From NCBI GenBank assembly GCA_016872675.1, contig VGZG01000003.1, positions 175-64,174 on the forward strand: DNA of 64,000 nucleotides, read 5' to 3'. The notes under the pieces are model-generated. The model was not told the origin of the DNA. It searched no databases and saw only the letters and a program-made list of their open reading frames with translations. The translations under genes and the position numbers were made by a program. Position 1 is the stretch's first letter. Each line of letters begins with the position of its first letter. Below, in pieces: positions 17,588 to 25,715 of the stretch. This DNA comes from Planctomycetota bacterium. GTDB lineage: Bacteria; Planctomycetota; UBA1135; UBA2386.

Positions 17588-19996
17588 TCAGCCGCGCAGT
17601 TCCGCGCCGATCTGGCCGGCGCCATCGCGCACCTTGGCGAGATACTTGCCTTCGTCGTCGTCGGTCAGCGTGCGATCGTCGGCGCCGAGCGTGACCGTGA
17701 AGTTGAGGCTCTTCTTCCCCGGCGGCAGGCGGTCGCCGCGGTAGGCCTCGAACAGCTGCACGTCCTTGACCAGCCTGCGGCCCGTCGTGCGCAGGAACTC
17801 GGCGACCGTCGCGACCTGCACGCCCTCGTCGACCAGCAACGCGACATCGACCGGCAGCGTCGGGAAGGTCGGCAGCGCCGCGTAGCGCGCGATCTTGCGG
17901 CCGTTGACGAACAGCGCGCGGACGTCGAGGCAGGCGATCGCCGTTGCCGCCGGCAGGTCGAGAGCGCGCGCGACGCCTGGGTGCAGGCACGCGACGTAAC
18001 CGCACGGCGAGCCGTCGCGGTCGATCGCGACCGCGCGCGACGGATGCACCCACGGTTGGTCGCTGCCGTGCCAGACGCGCTGCATCACGCCCGGATAGCC
18101 GACGCGCTCGAGCAGCGAGCCGATCGCCTCCCGCAGCTCAAGGAACGGGTGCGCGCCGTCGCGCCGCGCGAACACGACCGCCAGCTCGCGCACCTCGTGC
18201 GGCAACTTGTGCTCGTCGCGCATCTCGGCGTGGTAGCCCTTGCCGTGTTCGCACAGGCGCGTCTCGGCGGCATGGCGGAGGTTGGCCGCAGCGCTGGCGA
18301 GCAGGCTCGGTAGCACATGGCGCCGGATGCGCGTCACGTCGGGCGCGACTGGGTTTGCGACCTGAACGTAGGCATGGCTGCCAGCGCCAACGGCCTGCAG
18401 CACCGCGTCCGGCGTGAAGCTGTAGTTGTAGACCTCGCTGCAGCCGGCCTCGAGGCAGGCAACCTCGACCAGCCGCCGAGCGAGGAACAGTTCCTCGTTG
18501 CGCGGCGGCGGCGCGCTGGTGCCGTGCAGCGGCCGCTCCGGGATGTTGTCGTAGCGGTACATGCGCCCGACCTCCTCGATGAGGTCGTCTTCGATGGCGA
18601 TGTCCCTGGTGGCGCGGAAGCTCGGCACCGCGCAGTCAAAACCGTCCTTCGTCGTGGTCACGTCGAACTGCAGCGAGCGCAGGATGGCTGCGACCTTGTC
18701 GTCGTCGAGCCGGACGCCGAGCTTGAGCAGCAGGCGCGCGCGCCGCAGCGTCACCGTCTTCGGCGCGTACTGGAAGCCGACTGGATCGACCAGCGGGCCG
18801 GCGGGTCGCGCCGTCGGGCACCAGCGCTGCAGTTCGGTCAGATACACGTGCACGGCGAGTTCGGCGTTGGCCGGGTCCTGGGCCTTCTCGAAGCGGGCGC
18901 TGGCATCGGTGCGCAGGCCAAGCCGCATGCTCGTGCGCCGGATCGTCGAGGCGTGGAAGTTCGCCGACTCCAGGAACAGCATCGTGGTGTCGTCGGCGAC
19001 CATCGTGCCAGCGCCACCCATGACGCCTGCTAGCGCCTCGGGCTTCTTGTCGGCGCAGACCAGCAGGTCCTGGTCGGTGAGCTTGCGCGCGACGCCATCC
19101 AGCGTCGTGATCGCCTCGCCGTTGCGCGCCCGGCGGATGCGCACCGGGCCATTGCCGACGCGGCGAGCGTCGAACGCATGCATCGGCTGGCCCAGGTCGA
19201 GCATGACGAAGTTGCTGACGTCGACCGGCAGCGAGATGGCCCGCTGGCCGACGGCCGCGAGCTGCCAGCGCAGCGCGTGCGGCGACGGGCCGCTGACCAC
19301 GCCGTCGACGACGAGGCCGCAGTAGCGCGGGCAGCCCTGCTTGTCATCGATCACGACGTCGACGTGGCGGCCGGACGCGGGCAGCGGCAGTGGCGCGCAC
19401 GCCGGTTTCAGTTCGCGGCCATAGATCGCCGCCAGTTCGCGCGCAAAGCCGTAGTGCCCCCACAGGTCGGGCCGGTGGTTGACCGACTTGTTGTCGATCT
19501 CGAACACCCAGTCCTGGACGTCGAAGCAATCGATGAAGAGCTCGCCGATCGGCGCGTCGGCCGGCAGGACCAGGATGCCGTCGTTCTCGTTCGACAGGCC
19601 GAGTTCGGCCTCCGAACAGATCATGCCCTGCGACTCGACGCCGCGGATCTTGCCAACCTTGATCTTGAGCGCGCCCTTGCCGCCGCTCGCCGGCAGCGTG
19701 TCGCCCGGCTTGATGACCACGACACGCTGGCCAGCCGCGACGTTGCTGGCGCCGCAGACGATCTGCATGACGCCGCCGCCCTTGCCGAGATCGACCTCGC
19801 AGACCGACAGCTTGTCGGCGTCGGGGTGCTTCTCACGCTTGCGCACGTGGCCGATCACCAGCTGCTCGAGGCCGTCGCCGAAGCGGATCAGCCCGTCGAT
19901 CTCCGCCGTGCTCATCGTCAGGTCGGCGAGGATGCGCTTGGGCTCGATGCCCGAGAGGTCGACGTGGCGCTGCAGCCAGCGCAGGGAGATCTTCAT
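17588..19996 (-). CDS. pheT: Phenylalanine--tRNA ligase beta subunit
   Basis: 802 aa. The N-terminus 'MKISLRWLQRHVDL' and the tRNA-binding, B3/4, B5 and FDX-ACB C-terminal layout are as in PheT. The start overlaps the pheS stop as ATGA, with GGAGGTG upstream. Confidence 0.95.
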   Translation of the reverse strand: MKISLRWLQRHVDLSGIEPKRILADLTMSTAEIDGLIRFGDGLEQLVIGHVRKREKHPDADKLSVCEVDLGKGGGVMQIVCGASNVAAGQRVVVIKPGDTLPASGGKGALKIKVGKIRGVESQGMICSEAELGLSNENDGILVLPADAPIGELFIDCFDVQDWVFEIDNKSVNHRPDLWGHYGFARELAAIYGRELKPACAPLPLPASGRHVDVVIDDKQGCPRYCGLVVDGVVSGPSPHALRWQLAAVGQRAISLPVDVSNFVMLDLGQPMHAFDARRVGNGPVRIRRARNGEAITTLDGVARKLTDQDLLVCADKKPEALAGVMGGAGTMVADDTTMLFLESANFHASTIRRTSMRLGLRTDASARFEKAQDPANAELAVHVYLTELQRWCPTARPAGPLVDPVGFQYAPKTVTLRRARLLLKLGVRLDDDKVAAILRSLQFDVTTTKDGFDCAVPSFRATRDIAIEDDLIEEVGRMYRYDNIPERPLHGTSAPPPRNEELFLARRLVEVACLEAGCSEVYNYSFTPDAVLQAVGAGSHAYVQVANPVAPDVTRIRRHVLPSLLASAAANLRHAAETRLCEHGKGYHAEMRDEHKLPHEVRELAVVFARRDGAHPFLELREAIGSLLERVGYPGVMQRVWHGSDQPWVHPSRAVAIDRDGSPCGYVACLHPGVARALDLPAATAIACLDVRALFVNGRKIARYAALPTFPTLPVDVALLVDEGVQVATVAEFLRTTGRRLVKDVQLFEAYRGDRLPPGKKSLNFTVTLGADDRTLTDDDEGKYLAKVRDGAGQIGAELRG

Positions 19997-21051
19997 CGGC
20001 TCACCTCCGGGAACTGTCCGAGGAAGCGCTGGTCGCCGCCCATGAACTGCCGGATGTCGTCGATGCCGTAGCGCAGCATGACGACCCGCTGTAGGCCCAT
20101 GCCGAAGGCGAAGCCGACGAATTCCTCGGGGTCAAGGCCGCCGGCGCGCAGCACGTTGGGATGCACCATGCCGCACGGCAGGATCTCGATCCAACCGGAC
20201 TGCTTGCACACCGCGCACCCTTGGCCCTTGCAGAACGGGCAGTTGACGTCGAGCTCGAAGCCAGGCTCGACGAACGGAAAGAACCCAGGCCGCAGCCGCA
20301 CCTGCACGTCGCGCTCGAGCACGACCCGCAGGCATGTCTTCATGGTGTGGATCAGGTTGGCGATGCTGATGCCGCTGTCGCCGTGCGCGCGATCCACCAC
20401 CAGTCCTTCCATTTGGTAGAACGTGTGTTCGTGCGTGCGGTCGACGGTCTCGCTGCGGAACACGCGGCCCGGCACGATGACCTTGAGCGGCGGCTGGAAG
20501 CCCTGCTTGACCGCGCGCTGCAGCGTGCGCACCTGCACCGGCGATGTGTGCGTGCGCAGCAGGTTCTTGTCGGTCAGCCAGAACGTGTCCTGGCTCTCGC
20601 GCGCCGGATGGTCGCCAGGGATGTTCAGCGCGTCGAAGTTGAAGAACTCCGACTCCACCTCGGGCCCGTCCTGCCACTGGAAGCCAAGGCTCGTGAACAG
20701 GTCGACCAACTCGTTCTGCACGATCGTGATCGGGTGCATCGTGCCGCGCGCCTTGCGCGCGCCAGGCTCGGTCGGGTCGAAGGCCGCGCCCTCGAACTCG
20801 CGCGCCATCGCGGCGGCCGCGAACTGCTCCTTGCGCGCAGCGACGGCGGCCTCGACCTCCTGCTTCATCGCGTTGGCGAGCTTGCCGAACGCCGGCCGCT
20901 CCTCCTTGGGCAGCGACGTCACCGAGCGCACGAACTCGGCGACCTCGCCCTTGCCGCCGAACAAGCGGCTCTCGGCCTCGGCGAGAGCGGCGAGGTCAGC
21001 GGCTGCGGCGACGGCGGCCAGCCAGCGATCCAGTTGGGCTTGTGGATGCAT
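19993..21051 (-). CDS. pheS: Phenylalanine--tRNA ligase alpha subunit
   Basis: Class II aaRS motifs are present: 'HPARESQDTFW', 'LRTHTSPVQVR', 'GRVFRSE' and 'GFAFGMGLQRVVMLRYGIDDIR'. Confidence 0.95.
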   Translation of the reverse strand: MHPQAQLDRWLAAVAAAADLAALAEAESRLFGGKGEVAEFVRSVTSLPKEERPAFGKLANAMKQEVEAAVAARKEQFAAAAMAREFEGAAFDPTEPGARKARGTMHPITIVQNELVDLFTSLGFQWQDGPEVESEFFNFDALNIPGDHPARESQDTFWLTDKNLLRTHTSPVQVRTLQRAVKQGFQPPLKVIVPGRVFRSETVDRTHEHTFYQMEGLVVDRAHGDSGISIANLIHTMKTCLRVVLERDVQVRLRPGFFPFVEPGFELDVNCPFCKGQGCAVCKQSGWIEILPCGMVHPNVLRAGGLDPEEFVGFAFGMGLQRVVMLRYGIDDIRQFMGGDQRFLGQFPEVSR

Positions 21052-21120
21052 GCGGGTAGGCGGCGCGGCTAGCCCGCCGCCGGGGTCGTGGGGATTGATG
21101 TTGTGGGCGCTGGTAAGCCG

Positions 21121-21157
21121 CCCCGAAAACGAAACGGCGCTGGTCAGTGCCAGCGCC
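21121..21157 (-). terminator. Intrinsic terminator / possible pheST attenuator between rplT and pheS
   Basis: The minus-strand RNA reads GGCGCUGG-CACUGA-CCAGCGCC (perfect 8-bp stem at 21136-21157), followed by GUUUCGUUUUCGGGG. It lies 49 nt after the rplT stop and about 70 nt before the pheS start. Confidence 0.6.
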
Positions 21158-21205
21158 GTGTCGCGAAGCGGAGGTGCCGGACGCCGAAGCGCCCGGGGCG
21201 CTGGC

Positions 21206-21562
21206 TCAGGCGAGGGCCTGCATGGCTTTGCCGCAAATTGCCTCGAATGTCGCCGGATCCTTGATCGCCAGTTCGCTCAGCTCCTTGCGGTTGAGCTTGA
21301 TACCGGCCTTCTGGACGCCGTGGATGAACGCCGAGTAGCGCAACCCGAAGCTCTTGACTGCCGCCGTGAGGCGCGTGATCCAGAGCGAACGGAAGAAGCG
21401 CTTCTTCTGCTGGCGGCCGGTGAAGGCGAACCGCTCAGCGCGGAGCACCGTGACGGTCGCCATCTTGAACAGGTTGCGGCGACCTTGACGGTAGCCCTTG
21501 GCCCGCTTGAGGAGACGATTGCGGCGCTGCCGCGTGGCAGGTCCGTTGGTTGCGCGACTCAT
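21206..21562 (-). CDS. rplT: 50S ribosomal protein L20
   Basis: 'MSRATNGPATRQRRNRLLKRAKGYRQGRRNLFK...' is a canonical L20 sequence. A GGGAGG lies inside the end of rpmI upstream of the ATG. Confidence 0.95.
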   Translation of the reverse strand: MSRATNGPATRQRRNRLLKRAKGYRQGRRNLFKMATVTVLRAERFAFTGRQQKKRFFRSLWITRLTAAVKSFGLRYSAFIHGVQKAGIKLNRKELSELAIKDPATFEAICGKAMQALA

Positions 21563-21568
21563 TGCTGG

Positions 21569-21766
21569 TTACCTCCCGCCCAAGAGTTCCGCCATGTTGA
21601 CGGCGATCTTGCCCTTGCAGAGGCCCTTCTGGCGCAGTTGGCGTTTCCGCTTGGCGGAGCGGCGCACCAACAGGTGCGAGGTGAACGCGTGGCGGAATTT
21701 GACCTTGCCGGTCTTGGTCAGCTTCATGCGCTTGACCACCGCCTTCTTGGTCTTCTGCTTCGTCAT
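21569..21766 (-). CDS. rpmI: 50S ribosomal protein L35
   Basis: 'MTKQKTKKAVVKRMKLTKTGKVKFRHAFTSHLL' is a canonical L35 sequence. I moved the start from 21832 to ATG 21766 (65 aa). Confidence 0.9.
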   Translation of the reverse strand: MTKQKTKKAVVKRMKLTKTGKVKFRHAFTSHLLVRRSAKRKRQLRQKGLCKGKIAVNMAELLGGR

Positions 21767-21951
21767 GGTCGGTCGGTCCGGTCGCCGTGGATTATGCCTC
21801 GGCGCCGGCTCACTCAGTCCTAGGAAGGGCAAGAAAGGTACCGACAGCCGCTACTGGCGCAAGTGCGGCCCGGGGAAAACTCTGGCGCTGGGGTGTGATC
21901 CCCCTGACAACCGCTGCCACCGGGACGATCGCGCCCGCGAAGACCACGCCG

Positions 21952-22755
21952 ATGGACGCCCTGCTGACCTGTCTGCACCTCGCCGCCTATCTCGCTACTG
22001 GGCTGGGGCTCGCTGTGCCGCGCTGGCGGCGCGTCGCGATCGTCGCCCTGGCGGTCGCCGCCACCGCCGGCCTCGCCACCAGCCTGGGCGCTGGCGAGCG
22101 CGTCCTGACCACGGTGCACACCTACGCCGGCTTCGAGGGCATGCAGCAGGAGGTCTCGATGGTGAGTTTCCCGACCGGCACGGTGACCGCTCCGGGCTGG
22201 CAGTGGGCGGTCTGCTTTGGCGTCTTCGCGCTCGCCTGGGCCGCTGCGCTCGGCCTGCTGCGCGATCGGCCGCTGCGGAACCCCTTGCTGGCGCCGCTGC
22301 TGTTCGCGTGGACGGCGACCGCGGCGTGGCTCGGCATGGAGGCCACCGCCGCGCCCGCGGCGGTCGTGCAACCGGTCGGCCTCGATCGCTTCCTGTGGCC
22401 GGCAGGGCTCGCCTGTTCACTGCTCGTCTGCCGCCGCGCCAAGAGCTTCGGCGCGCTGTTCCTGCAGGTGGGACTCGCGGTGTCGCTCGCGCGCCTGCCG
22501 GCGGCCTTGTTCAGCAAGTTCGCCAGCGACGGCAAGCTCGGCACCACGCTCGACGTCAGCAGCGTCCGCGACATCGTCAATCCGATGACGCAGATGCAGT
22601 TCGACCCGCGGCTGCAGCCTGGCTCATCGGAGCAGCAGTTCTGGCTGATCTGGCTCGAGCATGTGCTGTTCTTCCCGGCGGTGCACATGATGAGCCTGTT
22701 CGGCATCGCATTCGGCCTGTGGCTGTACTACCGACACGAAAACGACCCGGCATGA
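21952..22755 (+). CDS. Polytopic membrane protein of unknown function (first gene of putative sulfur-relay operon)
   Basis: There are several hydrophobic segments (LHLAAYLATGLGLAV, VAIVALAVAATAGLA, WAVCFGVFALAWAAALGLL, FWLIWLEHVLFFPAVHMMSLFGIAFGLWLY). I set the start at ATG 21952. The next gene follows after 7 nt. Confidence 0.6.
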   Translation: MDALLTCLHLAAYLATGLGLAVPRWRRVAIVALAVAATAGLATSLGAGERVLTTVHTYAGFEGMQQEVSMVSFPTGTVTAPGWQWAVCFGVFALAWAAALGLLRDRPLRNPLLAPLLFAWTATAAWLGMEATAAPAAVVQPVGLDRFLWPAGLACSLLVCRRAKSFGALFLQVGLAVSLARLPAALFSKFASDGKLGTTLDVSSVRDIVNPMTQMQFDPRLQPGSSEQQFWLIWLEHVLFFPAVHMMSLFGIAFGLWLYYRHENDPA

Positions 22756-22762
22756 GGCGCGC

Positions 22763-23392
22763 GTGACCGGCTTCGACGACATCGATGACGATGACCTGTC
22801 GCCGGCCGAACTGGCGAGCCGCACCGAGGCGCTGCGCGTGACGGTGGCCGCCATCGCCGCCTCGCCGTGCCGTCGCTGTGGCGGACCGCTGTGCGGCCAC
22901 GCCGCGCTGCTGGCGGTCCTGTTCGGTTGCAAGGACGCGCCGCGCTGCCCCGACTGCCTTGCCAGCGAACACCGCGAACCGAAGTCCGCGATGGTCGCGC
23001 GCGCCGGCGAGTGGATCCGGCGCAAGGACTGCTTCCGCCACGTCTGGCACGAGGCCAGCCTGCGCGAGCACGGCAACGCGGCCGCAGCGCCCTCGTGCCT
23101 CGGCGCACCGACGTTGGCGAGCCGACCATCCCCGACGCTGGCCGCGCCCACGGATGCGCCGCCGTTACCGCCCGCGCCGGTCGCCACCTACGACGCCGGC
23201 GACCTCGGCTGTGGCGACCTCGTGTTCGAACTGCGTGGCAAGCTGCGCGAGATCGGCGCGGGCGAAGTGCTGCGCGTGCTCGCGCGCGACCCGGCGGCGC
23301 CGGTCGACCTGCCGGCTTGGTGTGGACTCACCGGCCACACGCTGGTGCGCGCGGCCCATCCCGAGTACCACGTGCAGCGCAAGTCCACCTAG
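22763..23392 (+). CDS. Cys-rich N-terminal domain fused to TusA/SirA-like sulfur-carrier domain (C-G variant of the CPxP motif)
   Basis: The C-terminus 'YDAGDLGCGDLVFELRGKLREIGAGEVLRVLARDPAAPVDLPAWCGLTGHTLV' follows the TusA pattern D-x-x-G-L-x-C-x-x-P...G-E-x-L-x-V...D...G-H. The N-terminus carries CxxC (36/39), C44, C56 and CxxC (62/65). Confidence 0.7.
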   Translation: MTGFDDIDDDDLSPAELASRTEALRVTVAAIAASPCRRCGGPLCGHAALLAVLFGCKDAPRCPDCLASEHREPKSAMVARAGEWIRRKDCFRHVWHEASLREHGNAAAAPSCLGAPTLASRPSPTLAAPTDAPPLPPAPVATYDAGDLGCGDLVFELRGKLREIGAGEVLRVLARDPAAPVDLPAWCGLTGHTLVRAAHPEYHVQRKST

Positions 23393-23401
23393 AGCCCACC
23401 C

Positions 23402-23761
23402 ATGAAGAAGTTCTGCGTCACCCTCACGTCCGCCAAGAACGACCCCGACAAGGCCACCGTCGCCTTCGTCGTCGCCAACGCCGCCGCGGCGAGCGAGCAG
23501 GAGACGGTGATGTTCCTCAGCGTCGAGGCCGTGCGCCTGTGCCAGCAGGGCTACGCCGACGACGTCGCCGAGGAAGGCTTCGCGCCGCTGAAGGACCTGA
23601 TCGCCAACTTCGTCAAGGCCGGCGGCAAGGTCTGGGTCTGCTCGCCGTGCTTCAAGCGCCGCAAGCTCGACGAAGCGAAGCTGATCCCCGGCGCCACGAT
23701 CGTCGGCGGCGCCAAGCTGGTCGAGTTCCTGTCGCAGGGCGCGCCCTGCGTCAGCTACTGA
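23402..23761 (+). CDS. DsrE/DsrF-like family protein
   Basis: 119 aa. 'KATVAFVVANAAAASEQETVMFLSVEAV' and 'GGKVWVCSPCFKRRKL...GATIVGGAKLVEFL' match the DsrE-like fold pattern, including the conserved Cys region. Confidence 0.75.
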   Translation: MKKFCVTLTSAKNDPDKATVAFVVANAAAASEQETVMFLSVEAVRLCQQGYADDVAEEGFAPLKDLIANFVKAGGKVWVCSPCFKRRKLDEAKLIPGATIVGGAKLVEFLSQGAPCVSY

Positions 23762-23786
23762 GTCCCGTTGGCGACGCGGCGCGGCG

Positions 23787-24515
23787 ATGAACGACCCCAG
23801 CGTGTTCGACCGTGCCGACGCGACCTGCGACGGCGGTGACCTCGACTGCGGCAGCGGGCTGCTGCTGATCATCCGCAGCGCCTTCCAGCCGGTCCCCGCC
23901 GGCGGCACGCTGTTGGTCAAGAGCCGCGAGACGTCGGTGCGCGAGGACCTGCCGGCGTGGTGCCGACTCGTCGGCCACACCATCGAGGCGGAGCGCGACG
24001 CCGACAACGGCTACCGCCACTTCCTGCTGCGCAAGAAGGCCGACGACCAGGCGCTCGCCGCCGACCTGCAGAAGGCCCGCGCGCACGTCTGGCAGACGCG
24101 CGCGCGCTGGACCGGCGGCATGCAGGCCAAGGCGACGATGCGCAACCACGCCGTCGCCATCGGCCAGCCGGCCAGCTTCGACACCGAGGACGCCGCGCCG
24201 TCCGCCATCGAGCTGCTGCTCGCCGCGGTCGCTGGCGCGCTGACCACCGGCTACCAGTGGCGGCTGTCGCAGAAGGGCGTCGACGTGCACGACCTCGAAG
24301 TCGTCGCCAAGGCCCGCTCCGACGACCCGCTGGTCTTCCTCGGCGTCGCCGCCGACGGCCATCCCGGCCTCGCCGAAGTCGAGGTCGTCGCCTACGTCAG
24401 CGCCAGTGGCGACGCCGACCTTGCCGCCGAATGGCAGCAGACGGTCCGTCGCTGCCCCGTGACCCAATCCCTGCTCCGCTCCGCCCCGGTGCGCACGACG
24501 CTGCGCGCCCTCTGA
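23787..24515 (+). CDS. TusA-like domain fused to OsmC/Ohr-family domain
   Basis: The N-terminus 'CDGGDLDCGSGLLLIIRSAFQPVPAGGTLLVKSRETSVREDLPAWCRLVGHTI' is TusA-like. The C-terminal half 'PSAIELLLAAVAGALTTGY...EVVAYVSASGDADL...RCPVTQSL' is OsmC-like. Confidence 0.75.
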   Translation: MNDPSVFDRADATCDGGDLDCGSGLLLIIRSAFQPVPAGGTLLVKSRETSVREDLPAWCRLVGHTIEAERDADNGYRHFLLRKKADDQALAADLQKARAHVWQTRARWTGGMQAKATMRNHAVAIGQPASFDTEDAAPSAIELLLAAVAGALTTGYQWRLSQKGVDVHDLEVVAKARSDDPLVFLGVAADGHPGLAEVEVVAYVSASGDADLAAEWQQTVRRCPVTQSLLRSAPVRTTLRAL

Positions 24516-24519
24516 TCCG

Positions 24520-25665
24520 ATGCGCCACCGCCCGATCCCCCGCTTCCCCGTCAGCGTCGTCGGCAGTTGGCCGCGGCCGCGCTGGTTGCTCGAGGCCATG
24601 CGCAAGAAGGCCGCCGACCTGCCGGAGCTGCGCGACCAGGCGACGCTGCTGGCGATCAAGCAGCAGGAGGACGCCGGCGTCGACGTGCTGACCGACGGCG
24701 AGCAGCGCCGCGACAACTTCTACTCGTTCCTGACCGAGAAGCTCGACGGTGTTGCGCTGATGACGATGGCCGACCTGCTCGACTACGTCGAGGACAAGGC
24801 GGCGTTCGAGGGCCTGCTGCAGGCGCTCGACGTGCCCGCCTTCGCAATCAAGAACCCCACCATCACGGGCCGCCTCGTCCGCCGCGAGCCGCTCGCCGTG
24901 CGCGAGGCCGAGTTCCTCCGCCGGCACACCACCCGCGCCACCAAGGTGGCGCTGCCGGGCCCGTACCTGCTGTCGCGCTCGATGTGGGTGCAGAAGCTGT
25001 CGTCGCAGGCCTACCCGACGCGCGATCTCCTGTGCGACGACATCGTCGCCATCCTGCGGGCCGAGCTGCAGGAAGTCGCCGACCTCGGCGTCGAGATCGT
25101 GCAGTTCGACGAACCCGTGCTGACCGAACTGGTGTTCGCCGGCAAGGCGGCGACGCGCACGTTCATGTGCGCTGCGCTCGCCGCCGCCGCCGACCCGGCC
25201 GCCGAACTGGAACTCGCGGTCCAGCTGATGAACCGCGTCACCGACGGCATCAAGGGCGTGCGCACCGCGGTGCACGTCTGCCGCGGCAACTGGAGCCGCA
25301 ACGAGGACGTGCTGCTGGCCGGCGACTACGCGCCGCTGCTGCCGCACCTCGCGCGCATGCAGGTCGACCAGTTCGTGCTCGAGTACGCGACGCCGCGCGC
25401 CGGGCCCGAAGCTCTGCTGACGCAATTGCCAGCGCGCGCCAGCGTCGGCTTCGGCGCGGTCAACCCGCGCACCGAGCCCGTCGAGGATCCGGCGGCGATC
25501 GCCGCCCGCGTCGGCAAGCTGGCGGAGTTGCTCGGCCCGGAGCGCATCTGGCTCAACCCGGACTGCGGCTTCGGCACCTTCGCCGAGCGACCGGTGGCCA
25601 CCGGCGAGGTGGCCGAACGTAAGTGCGCGATCCTGGCCGCGGCGGCGCGAGCGCTGCGCCGCTGA
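24520..25665 (+). CDS. Cobalamin-independent methionine-synthase-like (MetE C-terminal domain family) Zn methyltransferase
   Basis: 'SVVGSWPRP', 'VLTDGEQRRDNFYSF', the Zn-ligand-like 'AVHVCRGNW' (H-x-C) and 'IWLNPDCGFGT' (Cys) are present. The length of 381 aa is typical of single-domain MetE-like proteins. The gene starts 4 nt after the TusA-OsmC gene. Confidence 0.8.
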   Translation: MRHRPIPRFPVSVVGSWPRPRWLLEAMRKKAADLPELRDQATLLAIKQQEDAGVDVLTDGEQRRDNFYSFLTEKLDGVALMTMADLLDYVEDKAAFEGLLQALDVPAFAIKNPTITGRLVRREPLAVREAEFLRRHTTRATKVALPGPYLLSRSMWVQKLSSQAYPTRDLLCDDIVAILRAELQEVADLGVEIVQFDEPVLTELVFAGKAATRTFMCAALAAAADPAAELELAVQLMNRVTDGIKGVRTAVHVCRGNWSRNEDVLLAGDYAPLLPHLARMQVDQFVLEYATPRAGPEALLTQLPARASVGFGAVNPRTEPVEDPAAIAARVGKLAELLGPERIWLNPDCGFGTFAERPVATGEVAERKCAILAAAARALRR

Positions 25666-25715
25666 CCGCGCCGGCAGCGACCGAATTAGCGCCACTGCCG
25701 ACGATCAGTCGACGA

